Positions 51,156 to 63,978 of a DNA stretch of 64,000 bases are shown in pieces (within the stretch, counting starts at the first letter, position 1; every line of letters begins with the position of its first letter). The notes beneath the pieces are model-generated. The model had not been told where the DNA came from. It saw only the letters and a program-made list of their open reading frames with translations, and did no database searches. Origin of the DNA: Callorhinchus milii (taxonomy: Eukaryota); the NCBI RefSeq assembly GCF_018977255.1, contig NW_024704742.1:55554001-55618000 (forward strand), read 5' to 3'. A program made the translations under genes and the position numbers.

Positions 51156-51699
51156 CTTACTATACTCATTGAGAGGTGGATTCATTCACAACAACATTTC
51201 ATAGGTTTTATTGACTCCTAAACAGGTAGAGTAAAAACAACATTCTGGAACTCAACACTGAGGGTTACTACAGCAATGTATTTATCATTTTTTTTGGCAA
51301 AACAAGTAGTCTATGCATATGATTATTACCCAGTGGAAATAGACACTAAATGATCATTTTGCACTATAATAATCCTTGCATTTGATATAGTGCTTTTTTC
51401 ACGTCTTCTTAACGTTTCAATTGCTATTCATTCACTATGAATGCTGAAAGAAAAGACTTGGCAATTCTACGCAAAAGCCCCGTACATTATCTTTAACCCT
51501 AATACCCTGTGGCAGGAGTGTTATTTGAACTATGTAAACTATCCACCTCTATCCTACCTCCTGGTGAATTGTAAGATCATACAACACCTTGCAACCTTTA
51601 ACCCAAATGAAACCTTAAGAAATGTTGATTGAAGAGATTGTACATGGTTCTGGTGAGTTACATGTCAAATAGTGAATAGATTTGTAACTGGATTTCTGT

Positions 51700-52225
51700 T
51701 CTGGCAATGACCTGAAATGCTGAGAACAATATTGGAATCAAGTCAACCCTTCATAGTCTGTATTTTGAGTCAAGCTTGTCTGCAGCACTCCAAGACACCG
51801 TTGATATCGGACCAGCCAACCTGGCTCATCGGCAAGTTTTGAAGGGGGAAGCCCACTCTTTGAGGGCATGAATTCTTCCCACGCACCTTTTGTTAACTCT
51901 GGAAGTCAAAGCTACACGGGTAGGGTGGTCCTAGCACGACATGCAGTAGATGATTTGCCAGACAGTGTATGTAATGGCTAGCTGTGCAGATCTAATCAAT
52001 TAAATTCCAGCAGTATCCTAACAGTCTGAGGTCTCCAAACCTTGACTCTTGCCAACCTGCCTAATTATTTCTGGGATTAAGTGAGTAGGATATGTCCCTC
52101 AAGGAACAGTGTGTGCAGTCCATTCCAGATACATAGAAATGTTATGCATCTGTGAAATTTTGGCTTTGATACTCTGAAACATGATGATGGATTTCCACCT
52201 GTATCAATTACCTGGCTGAACAAAA
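51700..52225 (-). repeat. Unclassified ~600-bp interspersed repeat (copy)
   Basis: cagccaacctggctcat, cttgactcttgccaacctgc and gatactctgaaacatgatgatggatttc match the other copies. Confidence 0.72.
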
Positions 52226-52898
52226 GAAATTCACATGAGAACAAAGTATCTGTCTCATCTGCTAATGGGCTTCAATTTCACAAGTAAAATTACATGAGTA
52301 GTCAATAAAACCGGAACATACGACCATTCTTCTATATATTATTTTCCCAGTTTCTGATTTGAAAGTACACAAAGGCCTTAAAGTATATGTTTTGCAGCCA
52401 ATAGCATTGATATGATTTCTGTAACCAACTTCAGTGTTGAATTAGTTCTCCGGCAATTACAACAAAAACAACTTGTATTCCTATAGCACACTTCGCATAG
52501 GATAGTGAAGAGGAGCTAGCACCAGACGTCTTAACACTGCATCTTAATATCCATGGTTAAGGGGTCACCACTGGTTAAAAAGCTGGGGTTCTCAATCACC
52601 ATCCGCTGACACTGTATAAAGTAAATGTTACATGAGGACAAGATTGGCCTTTTTCTGGTGCCCACATAGGTCAAACAACCTGGCAACATTTGTTGCCTGA
52701 ACTCACGAATTAAGAATGGCCATTAAATTATACATTGACACACAAAGGATGACAAAGCCCAAAACAGAGCTACCCTTCATTCATGCTAAAGGTGATTGGG
52801 TGACAGTGCGATAGGGCAAGAAGAGGGCTTGTTCAAGGCAGAGCACGCCCAACAGAGTACCAGTCTCTAATCGGTACTCAACATTAGCTATCGAGAGC

Positions 52899-53489
52899 GT
52901 GAAATCCTCTTGTGAGGACAGCAGTGGACATTCTGTCCAACAGGACAAGGGCATGGTTCACAAGGGCAATAGTGTTGTGATAGGGGATTCAACAGTAAGA
53001 GGCACTGACAGGATCTTCTGTAATCAGAATTGTGAGGCTAGGATGGTTTGCTGCCTTCCTGGTGCAAGGGTACTGGACTTACAGAGCGCATGGACAAGAT
53101 TCTGTCCAGAAGTCGTGGTCCATGTGGGGACCCATGATATTGGTAAGAAGAGGGCTGAGATGCTCCAGGGCGAGTATCAAAAGCTGGGGAGCAAATTCAA
53201 GTCCAGAACATCCAAGGTGGTGATCTCTGGGTTACTCCCGGTACCTCGGGCAACAAGGCACCATAATGAAAGGATCAGGCGCATGAACGATTGGCTGGAG
53301 AAATGGTCCGGAAAAGAAGGTTTCCGTTTTCTGGACAATTGGGACCACTACTGGGGGAGGTGGGATCTCTACCTTGAGGATGGGTGGCACTTAAGCAAGG
53401 CAGGGGTGAGCTTCCTTGCCAAGAGATTATCAAATGCTGTAGGGGCAGATTTAAACAAGTGTCAAGCGGGGATGGGTATCCAAGGATAA
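52899..53489 (+). pseudogene. CR1 ORF1 SGNH/GDSL esterase domain (partial)
   Basis: VIGDS, CCLPGARV, VVHVGTHD and DGWHL correspond to SGNH blocks I, II, III and V. Confidence 0.9.
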
Positions 53490-53554
53490 ACAATGGATTA
53501 GAGATTAGAGGAAAAAGATAAGTGGGAAGTGTAGAGCAGGTACAAGCGGACAAT

Positions 53555-56240
53555 TTCCTCAAATGCATGTACCTAAATGCATGTAGCTTAGGGAATAAGG
53601 TTGATGAGCTGCAGGTTCAACTGGCGGAAGGGTTTACGATGTGGTGGCAGTAACCGAGACATGGCTCAAGCCAGGACAGGAATGGGAGTTAAATATTCCA
53701 GGATATAATGTGTTCTGGAAGGATAGAGAAGGACGAAAAGGAGGAGGGGTGGCAATATTAGTTAAGGATACAATTATAGCTGTAGAAAGGAACGAAGCTT
53801 TGGAGGGCCCAACAATAAAATCTATCTGGTTAGAGATAAGCAATAAGAAAGGAGTGGTTACACTGATAGGGGTTTACTATAGACCACCAGACAGCGGGAA
53901 GGAGATAGAGGAGCAGATCTGCAACCAGATCGCGGATAGATGTAAGGCGAACAGAGTTGTGATAATGGGGGATTTCAATTATCCCAATATAGACTGGCAA
54001 AATAGCAGCGCTAAGGGCAAGGCAGGAGAAAGATTCATAGACTGTGTACAGGAAAATTTTCTTGAGCAGTATGTCTCCAGTCCTACGAGGAAGGAAGCAT
54101 TGCTGGATCTAGTTCTGGGGAATGAAATAGGTCAGGTTGAACAGGTTTCGGTAGGGGAGCATCTAGGTAACAGTGACCATAATATTATTAGATTTAGATT
54201 ACTCATGAACAGGGACAAAGTACAGTCAAGGGTGAAAATGCTTGACTGGAAAAGGGCTAATTTTGATGGGCTAAAAAGGGACCTAGAGTTGGTGGACTGG
54301 CAAGTAAGACTAGCAGGTAAAACAACTCATGAGCAATGGGAGATCTTCAAAGATATGATAGCTCAGGGTCTAAATAGATATATTCCCACAAAAGGGAAAT
54401 GTGCGACAACCAAGCCAGCCTGGATGACCAGGGATATTCTGTCTAGGATGAAAAAGAAGAAGACGGCGTATGACAATTGGAAGACGCAAGATACTGAGGA
54501 TAGCAAAGCGCATTATAGAGAATGCAGGAGTGATCTTAAAAGAGTGATAAGACAGGCTAAAAGATCGCATGAGAAGAGGTTAGCGGGTAACATAAAGGGG
54601 AATCCTAAAATATTTTACAAGCACATAAAGGAAAAAAGGTTAGTTAAAGGTAGGGTGGGGCCAATCAAAGACAATGACGGCAATCTTGTTGTGGAGGCAG
54701 AGGTCATGGCTGATGTACTGAACGAGTACTTTGCATCTGTCTTCACAACGGAAATGGATGCCCCAAATGCCGCAGTATTGGATGAGAGGGTAGAGGAAAT
54801 AGATCAGATTACTATAGACAGAGAGGAAGTTCTGAAAAGATTGACTGGGCTCAAAATTGATAAGTCACCAGGACCAGATGGGTTTCACCCAAGGTTGCTG
54901 TGGGAGATACGGGTTCAAATAGCGGAGGCTTTGGCCATTATATTTCAATCTTCATTGGACACAGGAGTGGTGCCAAGAGACTGGAGAGTGGCTAATGTTA
55001 ACCCCCTCTACAAAAAGGGGCAGAAAGACAAACCCGGAAATTACAGGCCAGTCAGCCTGACTTCGGTAATAGGAAAACTACTGGAGACCATAATGCGGGA
55101 CAGAATAAATCTCTACTTAGAGGAACATGAGGTAATTAGAGACAGCCAACATGGATTTGTTAAAGGCAAATCTTGCCTAACAAATCTAATAGAATTTTTT
55201 GAAGAGGTGACTGCGAGGGTTGTTGAGGGAAATGTGGTGGACATTATTTACATGGATTTCTAAAAGGCTTTTGACACAGTACCACATAAGAGATTAATAA
55301 ACAAATTAGAGGCAGTTTGGATTAAGAACTGGCTGAGTGACAGAAAGTAGGTGGTGGTTAATGGATGTTTCTCGAAATGGAAGGAGGTGTGCAGTAGTGT
55401 CCCCCAAGGATCGGTATTGGGACCACTGCTCTTTCTAATATATATTTATGATCTGGACTTGGGCATAGAGAGCACTATTTCCAAGTTAGCAGATGATACA
55501 AAGTTAGGTAGGGTAGTAAATAATGAGAAGGACTGTAACCAACTGCAAGCAGACATACACAGAATGGTAGAATGGGCTGACATGTGGCAGATGGATTTCA
55601 ATGTGGATAAGTGTGAGGTGATAGGAGGCAATGTAGACTTGGTAGCTCAATCTTAAGGGGGGTGAACGTACAGAGAGAGATCTGGGTGTTCAAGTAAGCG
55701 AATCATTAAAGGTAGCGGGGCAGGTAGATAAGGCAGTAAAAAAANGGCATGTGGTGTACCGAGCTTTATTAGTAGGGGCATAGAGTATAAGAGTAGGGAG
55801 GTTATGGTTAATCTATACAAAACACTGGTTAGGCCTCAGCTGGAGTACTGCGTCCAGTTCTGGACACCTTACTTCAGGAAGGACATTAAAGGCACTGGAA
55901 AGGGTGCAGAGGAGATTCACGAGAATGATACCAGGAATGGGGAACCTTAGCTATGAGGACAGGCTGGAGAAGTTAGGACTTTTCCCATTAGAGCAGAGAA
56001 GGTTATGCGGGGACCTGATAGAGGTCTTTAAGATCATGAAAGGTTTCGACAGGCTAGATAGGGAAGAGCTGTTTCCGCTGGTAGGTGTGTCTGTGACCCG
56101 TTGTCACAGTCTTAAGATATCTACCAAAAGAAGCAGAGGGGAGGTTAGAAGAAATGTTTTCACTCAGCGAGTTGTTTGAATTTGGAATGATCTGCCTGAA
56201 AGGGTAGTGAAGTCCGATTCGATAACAGCTTTTAAGAGAG
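53555..56240 (+). pseudogene. CR1 ORF2 (APE endonuclease + reverse transcriptase); longest open segment 53641-55263
   Basis: CMYLNACSL (frameshifted), VTETWL, YYRPP, MGDFN, SDHN, KSPGPDG, NYRPVSLTS, QHGF; stop in DF*KAFD at 55261-55263; PQGSVLGP, LADD; downstream deletions and frameshifts. Confidence 0.95.
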
Positions 56241-56429
56241 AACTGGATAGGTATCTGGGGAAGACGGGTTTGCAGGGTTATGGGGAGAAAGCTGGTGATT
56301 GGGGTTAGTGAAAGTGACTTGCTCTGTCAAAGAGCCGGCACAGACTCGATGGGCCGAATGGCCTCCTTCTGTGCCGTAACATTCTCTGAATCTATGAATC
56401 TTTGAAAATTGAAGGGTGGGGAAACTGTT

Positions 56430-56619
56430 GGATCGAAATTCCACTTAGTCCTAAGCTACACGACCATTTTGTTTTAAAATATAAGTTCATGTAGAATTGT
56501 GGACAATCAACTTCCAAATTTAGCCTGAATTTATTAATTTCTGCGCTGTTCTGCACCATCTTAAATGTTAAGACAAAATGCTGTGTCTCGTGGGCTAAGA
56601 TTAGATGGAATTTCAGGCC
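56430..56619. mobile_element. MITE-like element with ~27-bp imperfect TIRs
   Basis: Left end ggatcgaaattccacttagtcctaagc versus reverse complement of right end ggcctgaaattccatctaatcttagcc. Confidence 0.6.
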
Positions 56620-58569
56620 TCAATTGCTGACAGTACCTTCAGAAGAGTTTGTTCAAAAATATTGGAGTTTAGAGATTCCAATAAAATAAGCATGTTGATG
56701 CCAAAACACAGCAGAAATAGTGCTTAAAAGAAATTCACAGAAAACCAGCTTCAAATTTAAAGACCATGTATAAAAAAATACCAAATTCTGGATGCTCTGA
56801 AATACTCTGTTACAAGAGTAAATCTACACCCAGTTGGAATTTGTACTCCTATATGAGCATGTCTATTTGATCAACATTTTTCACTGTAACTTCCATTATG
56901 TTTAATATCACGACTACACAGTAACATAGTGCCCTATGCTTAATATCTGACTGCATGGCTCTGATGTGGGGATAGACAAACATTGTGAGGTCAATTAAAC
57001 TGTTCATCCACTGTGAAATGTTACAGTGGTTCACAACCATCTTGAATGCTTTGTCAGCTGTGCCTGTTATATTAACTGGTGCAAACAGGTTTAATAAAGA
57101 GTTTGCATAACAAATCAAGCAGAAGATGGGAACAGGGAGAGACCAGTTGGGAAAGAGAATGAGTACAGACAGCTTTTGTTTTCATAGTTCCATTTACATG
57201 GAGCGTATGGTCTGAATGTGCAAGGTTAAATCTGATCAAACTGGAGCCCATAAACAATGCGAGTGTATTGATTTACTGTGGCACACTTCAGAAAGAAGAA
57301 AGATGTGCACAGTTAGGATACACAAGTTCAATACTTTTCTTGCCTTCACTAGTTGATCATGTTAAAAAAAATGATCGTGAATTTTATTTCATGAAATTTC
57401 ATGATGCATTCATGAGGGAGGAGGGAAAAGGAATATCGGAGAAGGGATTAGAAGGTGTGCAGTATGAAGTTTGGCATGTGTTAGTTGGGTTGAATGGCCT
57501 ATATCATGCTGTCTCAACTATCTTTGTTCTATATCATTTAAATTACTTGTGCCCATCTAAAATGAGAGGTATCATCACTGATAGGGAACACAATGGGCAT
57601 CCAATGTCAACCTCATTATTACATAGATGCAAAGTAAAGCTCCTCTGCTCTGCAAACAATAAAACACATTAACCCAACCTCAGATGAGGCAATCTTACTG
57701 AAGCAGGGTAAACATGTCCATTTTCCATAAGCCAGCCTCCTACGCAGGAGCCTGGTGTATGGCTTTTCTAAATTAAATGAGAATAACAATCTTAAGGGAG
57801 CCACTACTAACCTGTGGACAGTTTTGTCCTGCGAGTTTCAGCCCATTAATAACTGGGTTGGGATTTCATAACCTCATTTCATCTAGGTCTTTTTGAGACT
57901 TTCATCCTATCATTATTGGTTGGATTCAATCCAAGCTCCTATGAGTTCCTGTTGAGCATCTATTTTCAGTGCTTGGGTTTTACAGCAACCGGATCAAAAC
58001 ACATCCTTAAAAATGTGTGTGAGTAAGAACTACGAGCTGCACAGTACACTGGAGCCCCACTTACTATGCTGCAGGGTGGTAGAATTTGTGTTTGCACCTG
58101 CCCTTCTCTACAAAATGAGTTTCCAATCCAATGAGTGTAATCGTGAGAAGGTGAAGGCAGGAAATGGAAAACTGAAACAGAAAACTGAAGGGTACACTGC
58201 CCTGGTGTATCTTATAGTGATAATAATAATCCTTGTGTTTGATATAATGCTTCACAGGATTTACTGTAAGCTGTTGTTGCTGTGTATATTATGGGTGAAT
58301 GGTGGAGTCAATTTTGTGCAGGACAATGTTCCACAAACATGAAGTGAATGCCCAATTTTATCTTGTGTATTTCCTCACAGGTGGTTAATTGGTGTCAATG
58401 GCAGATTTCCAGAACAACCATTCTTCAAACCATTCTCTCACCCAGGGAATGCACACAACTTGAATGCTCTGAGATGCTAGCACTCGTGTGGGTCATATAC
58501 AGAAAACGCAAGTTGTTGTTGTTGAGAAAAGAAAAAACAAGATTAACAAATAAATTACAGACAAAATTT

Positions 58570-58840
58570 ATAATAATCCTTGCATTTGATATAGCGCCTT
58601 ACACATCAAGACACCTTAAAGGACATCACAGAGATTTCTGTAAAGTGCAGTGACTGATTTTATAGAAAAACGCAGCAGCCAACATGTATACAAGAATGTC
58701 CCACAAACAGCCATGAAGTGAATGATCAATTTATTTTCTCTGGGGGAATTGTTGGCCTGGACACTGGAAGAAACTGTTTTCTCTTTTTGCAAAGGATCAA
58801 TGGAATCGTAAACGTCCACTTGAACAGGCAGTCAGGGCCA
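58570..58840 (-). mobile_element. Deu-type SINE 3' two-thirds
   Basis: taataatccttgcatttgatatagcgcc...atgtcccacaaacagcc...taaacgtccacttgaacaggcag. Confidence 0.8.
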
Positions 58841-58859
58841 TGGCTTCTTCTGATGGATT

Positions 58860-59230
58860 TTTCTTTTGTTCGGTTGGGTGTTTGACACATGTAGAAACTT
58901 ATCACCATGCTTTAGAATATCCAAACCAGATTGAGAGTTTCACATATGTATGGTAACTACACGTGGAAATTTTCAAGTCTGGAATAGAATGCAAATTCTC
59001 TCTCTGGAGGGACTCACCCAACTTATCTAATTCTGTGAGATTTAAGTGCAAGAGCCAAGACTTGGGCACCTCAGAGTACTGATGTAATTTAACCAGCAAA
59101 AACTGCATTTCTTGCCATTTTGGTAGATTTCCTGCTACTTGTCCATTAGGACCATACTGCTCATTAGGGCTTTGGCTTTCAGAGTTAACAGGAGCTGAGT
59201 GGGAGGAATCCCTACTCCCCTACTCCTGCA
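58860..59230 (+). repeat. Unclassified ~600-bp interspersed repeat (partial copy)
   Basis: ttgacacatgtagaaacttatcacc, tctggagggactcacc, cattagggctttggc blocks. Confidence 0.72.
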
Positions 59231-62200
59231 CAAAATGACACCTATCCATTGCATCATATTATAACATTTACTACATAATAATAGTAACATATCTGGTGGG
59301 AACAGATGGCTCAGGAAAGGAAGGTTATTTATGGGGCCACCATGATGCCTGTAATATCAACATATGTTATGATTTTCCTTAACTTATTGGATACAAAAAA
59401 ATACTATGAGAGGACTTGTCAAAGCACTTGACAATGTTGGATGGGCATCTGAGTTGGGTGGGAGAGTCGAGTGTGGTGACAAGGGGAAGATAACTAAAAG
59501 TGCAGTCGAAAAGATATGTTTGAGATATTTAAGGATCATTTCAATGTGATCTAAACCTATAAAATTGGAAATTCTTCCTAGTTTCATAAATAACTATTAC
59601 TATATTTTACTTAAAGATGTTCATTATTCGAAAACAGAATGAAGTTTCTCCCGGGGTGCTGGCCAACAAAGCCCCAGATGAAATTGGCCATTCACTTTCT
59701 GGCTGGATGTGGGACACTCCCAATGTGAAAGACACGAGGACTTTTATTATTACTTTATATATTGGACTCGAGTAAATGTATATTTTTAGCTCTTCCAGGC
59801 ATCCTGGATCCTCCGTCATTTCAAATGCAAATAAGCACTTATCTCAATGAATTAATGATTAAGGTGCAATGTACTTTTTATATACTTCCCTTAATTATGT
59901 AATTCGGATAAGAGAATCAGACAATTATGGAAAATGAGCTGTACATTTGGAAGCATTGCACTGTATATAAACTCAAACCATAAAGCAACTCAGGGTAACA
60001 ATGACGTGCTATCACCTACCACTCATTATGAAATCAATAACTAGCTCTGGGTGTTATCAGTATGCCACAAGATTCATTCCAATAAGATTTGGCTTACGTC
60101 ATAACCACTGCAGAACACTCAACAGCACAGACGCTTCTGTGAAGTAAAGAGATAATAAATCCTCTTGTTTTGTTTGTTTTAAATTAAAATCCTTTGTGTG
60201 ACCAGAAAGCCCAAATGGAGTTCAAGTGAGTTGATGTTTCCACAGCTTAAAAGGGACTGGTAAATCTCCACAGGCACAAAAGTATTCATTTCACTGTGTC
60301 CTTTACCTGCAGAGAAAAGCGGCTGGAGTGCAAGAAAAGGAGATTGCTGATCAAACTGAAGTGAACAGAACAGTATGAAAGAGTTTTATATTTATGATAT
60401 AAATAGAATACAAAAACACACCTGTCTTTAACACAAATTGACATTTAATGCTGTGCCAACTATTAGATGTTCCTGAACTGGAATTAATGAAAAAAGTGCA
60501 ATGTGCAAGAAATGGAGGAAGTGGGAGTGATATCTTGGGTTATTAGAAAAACCACAGAGCAGTAATCATAGCAAGCTGTCATGGGAAAATGTGTGGCTTG
60601 CAAGTAATGGGGGCCCCTTCTATTAGTCGACTTTAGCACGTTTTTTATCTTTGTTAAAGAAAAGAAAAAGAACATTTTTTTTCACATTTGCAGCCCATTG
60701 GCGATCCATCAAAAGATATCGGGGCTTAACTAGTCTGAAGCAAGTGAGCAATTGAGAGGTGGCTGGTACCAGGGGTCAAATATTTGCTGAGCAGTTGATA
60801 CCGATTGCAGCTGTTACGGTGCTGGTGGATTAGAAGGGAAAGCATTTGGCATACATTTTATGTGTTACTTAACCCGGGAAACATCTTTAGGAGTAAATGT
60901 GAGTGAAAATTAAATCTTCCAAAAGATAAGATTAAATCGGCATGTTTTGAATCAGGTTAATCGGAATTTCCCAATCACTACTGTGCCCATGTTTATTAGA
61001 AGCTTTGCTTTTGAGACAGTGGCTGATGGCAGAATTTACAGACAAGGCCCTGTGATGTCTTCTGACCATCTGTTAGCAAACTCATGGAGCTCAGGCATGA
61101 ATTGTAGCATCCTTCTGTAAATTGAAAGTCTGAAGTACTTTTGTGGCCCTTTGTTTGCAACAGGAAGTCAGCTGATGACCTGCCTGGCCTTGGGCTGAAT
61201 CACAAGTGGGTTGGGGCCTCTTCAGTAATTTGCTGCTATGTGCAGTAGCTTGTAATAACAACAAAGGCTTTAAAGAAAGGGGAACACTTTTAACTAGTAG
61301 CGCAAAGATCGATCTGTTAACAATAGATTTCAACATGGACTTTATGGCTAAACGCCTACTTTTAACAAAAATGAAAAAAATTATAAATAGAGAGATCTGA
61401 AAGTGGATACATGAGTGTATAGTTGATAGAAAAGTTAAATGGGAGTGGGGCAGTGTGTGGAAATGAGTTGGTTTACGTTCTTGTTGTCAAGAGGTGGCAG
61501 TAAACTGTCTGATGTGATGACATGATCACCAAGCACCGTCATATATACCTATGGGTGACCTTCAAAAGCTGTGTTACCTTTTGGAAGCCACCAGCCCAGC
61601 ATGAGCAGAATGGATAATACCTTTCACAATTTTAAGCCATTTTAAATGATTGTTATTCTTAAATTGCTTGTAGACTTTATAACCACTGAGATTCAAACTG
61701 AAATATTGTAATATTGTAGTTCCTTAGAATACCTGGTTTACATTTGTTGTGCATGGCAACACAATGCCTCAGAATGTATTCAGCACATTGCTTTGCAATA
61801 TTGACCAAGGAAATGATTTTAACCCCTTAGGCCCTGCCTTGTCAATACAAACCACAAACACAAGTTAGTGTTTAATTAGCTTTGAACACCGCTTCGTCTT
61901 GTTTTACATTTTTTAAAAGTACTTTTGATCAAACCTTGATTGAAGCGCACTTGTTTTATGTGCTCTTCATTCCTTTGCCTGCAGAGGTGAGGTTAATTGC
62001 CCAAAAGTAATTGAGCAGTTTAAATGGTGCTGTAGGTTAATGCCTTTTAGGCTTGTATAGTGAAAGAGGTCAAAGGGTTTTTTAAACTGTAGACGTGAAT
62101 GAAATGAATGAAAGTGATAAAATTAATAATGAACCATGTGATGAAATGCTTACAATACAGCAGTTAACTCTTTCATAACTGGAACAGTTTGTGGCTCCTG

Positions 62201-62317
62201 GTGGGACATTGCCGTGGGCAAATTGGCTGCCGTATTCACCTACAAAATGTACAGTTTACACAGTAACATCCATGAAATTCTTTGAGATGTCCTCTCAATG
62301 TATGTGAATGTGACATT

Positions 62318-62390
62318 AGTCCTTTAGCGTATTGGTTATAGTACTCGCCTAGTAAGCGAGAGGACCCAGGTTCGATTCCTGGGCAAAACC
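62318..62390 (+). mobile_element. Isolated tRNA-like SINE head
   Basis: A box tagcgtattgg, arm ctcgc-ctagtaa-gcgag, T arm ccagg-ttcgatt-cctgg; no acceptor-stem pairing. Confidence 0.65.
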
Positions 62391-62984
62391 TCCAATCTGC
62401 ACAATTTTGTGTTGTAGATTCACACCAGCTGGACACTGCATCTATGTTAGTGTTTCTGCACAACAGGTTTCAGGAAAGAGGAGGTAGGCAGTGTTTCGTT
62501 TTCTCCAGGCTATGTTTCAGTGTTTGTCTATCGGAATGATATGTTTGGAAATGCTGTTGTAATGCAATGTGCCAGCAGGTTTCATTTAATATTTGAGATA
62601 ATTGGGTATTTGGCAGGCACAATGCAGTTATTTTATCATCGTGGGGGATGGGAGGGGGGAATCTATTGAGTCCCTTCATCATTATGGCATCTCTAGCACG
62701 ATTCAAGTGATGAGAAAAATAAGTGACAAGTAAAGACCTAACTAGCTTAACTGCACAGTGAGGAGACAGACAGATGAGGAGGCAGCAGCCATACATATAC
62801 ACACAAAATACTAGATGAGCCAGTCTATCCTATACTCAAACACTCCACTTTAACAGTAACATCATCCTAGTTTAATACAGTTGAAACATTAGCTATAATA
62901 ACAACCTTGAATATAGAGTGACCCCCATTATAACATAATGTTTTGAATCCATAAAATCAATCCCCCACCATGTGATATAAATAT

Positions 62985-63390
62985 AATAATAATCCTTATA
63001 TTTGGAATAGTGCCTTTCACATTGGGAGGACTTCTCAAAACATTTCAAATGATATACCACAAAGTGTAGTCACTATGTGTTTTGTGGGCAGCCAATTTGT
63101 GCACAGCAAAATCCTACAAACAGCCATCACGTTGAATAGCCAATTTTATTTGGGAGATCGTTGGCAAGGACACCGGGAGAAATTCCCTTCTCTTTTTGAG
63201 TAGTGTCATAGGATTTTTAACATCCACCTGAACGTGCAAACTGAGCTTTGGTTTAACATCTCATCCGAAGGACGGTGCCTCCAACACTGTATTGGAGTGT
63301 CAGCATAGACTATATCAATAACTGACATGGGCTTGAACCCACAACCTTCTGAATCTGAGGTGAGAGTGCTCCCAACTGAACCAGGCCGAC
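62985..63390 (-). mobile_element. Deu-domain SINE, near full length
   Basis: ggtttaacatctcatccgaaggacgg (reverse-complemented Deu core) and ttgaacccacaaccttctgaatctgagg...gagtgct (reverse-complemented head). Confidence 0.85.
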
Positions 63391-63651
63391 TCAATGCTGC
63401 CAACTGTGCCATACTGGCACCTTCCAACTGAGTCAGGTTGATACACAAAATAGCAGCAGGTCAGTGCTTGTGGATGGTTATGATGTCATATCCACTTTGC
63501 ACAGAGCATGGAGGAAGCCATAATCCAACAACATCGTCTTGCTTTTATACAGCGCCCCTCACACGTCGCAGAACGCTTGTGACTGTTTATAGTCATTGCT
63601 GGGAAACTGCTGGAAGGTAAGAGGCCTTCTGCCCCAATACGCTAAGTACGC

Positions 63652-63978
63652 GGAGTCCTGTAGCTCAGTGGTTAGAGCACTCGCTTTGCAAGCGAGAGAC
63701 CTGAGTTCAATTCCAGGCAGGTCAGGGCGAAACCTTGGGCAGGTTTCCTTACTCCACACGCCTAATAATAATCCCTCCAAAAACCAAAACCAATAATTAA
63801 ATTGGTCATTTTCAATCTACGACTGTTTGTGGGACATTGCTGTGCGCAATTGGCTGCCGCGTTCGCCCACAAATATACAGTCAATTCACTTTACAGTGTG
63901 TTCTGTGAAGCGCTTTGGGACGTCCTCCCGACGTGAAAAGCGCTATATCAAATGCAAGGATTATTATTATTATTATTA
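63652..63978 (+). mobile_element. Full-length tRNA-headed SINE (short form), well preserved
   Basis: ggagtcctgtagctcagtggttagagcactcgctttgcaagcgag head, CpGs retained, (tta)n tail. Confidence 0.95.

Larger units (their letters stand above)
52790..56400 (+). mobile_element. CR1 LINE, 5'-truncated in ORF1, disabled
   Basis: ORF1 esterase, ORF2 APE-RT, 3' UTR gggccgaatggcctccttctgtg and terminal tctctgaatctatgaatc repeats. Confidence 0.97.

Noticed and set aside
63652..63725. tRNA-Ala(TGC)-like gene (also ~5170-5242, 14587, 15314, 49939, 62318)
   Set aside because: A/B boxes and an anticodon arm are present, but the acceptor stem does not pair and the sequence continues into a SINE body; these are SINE heads.
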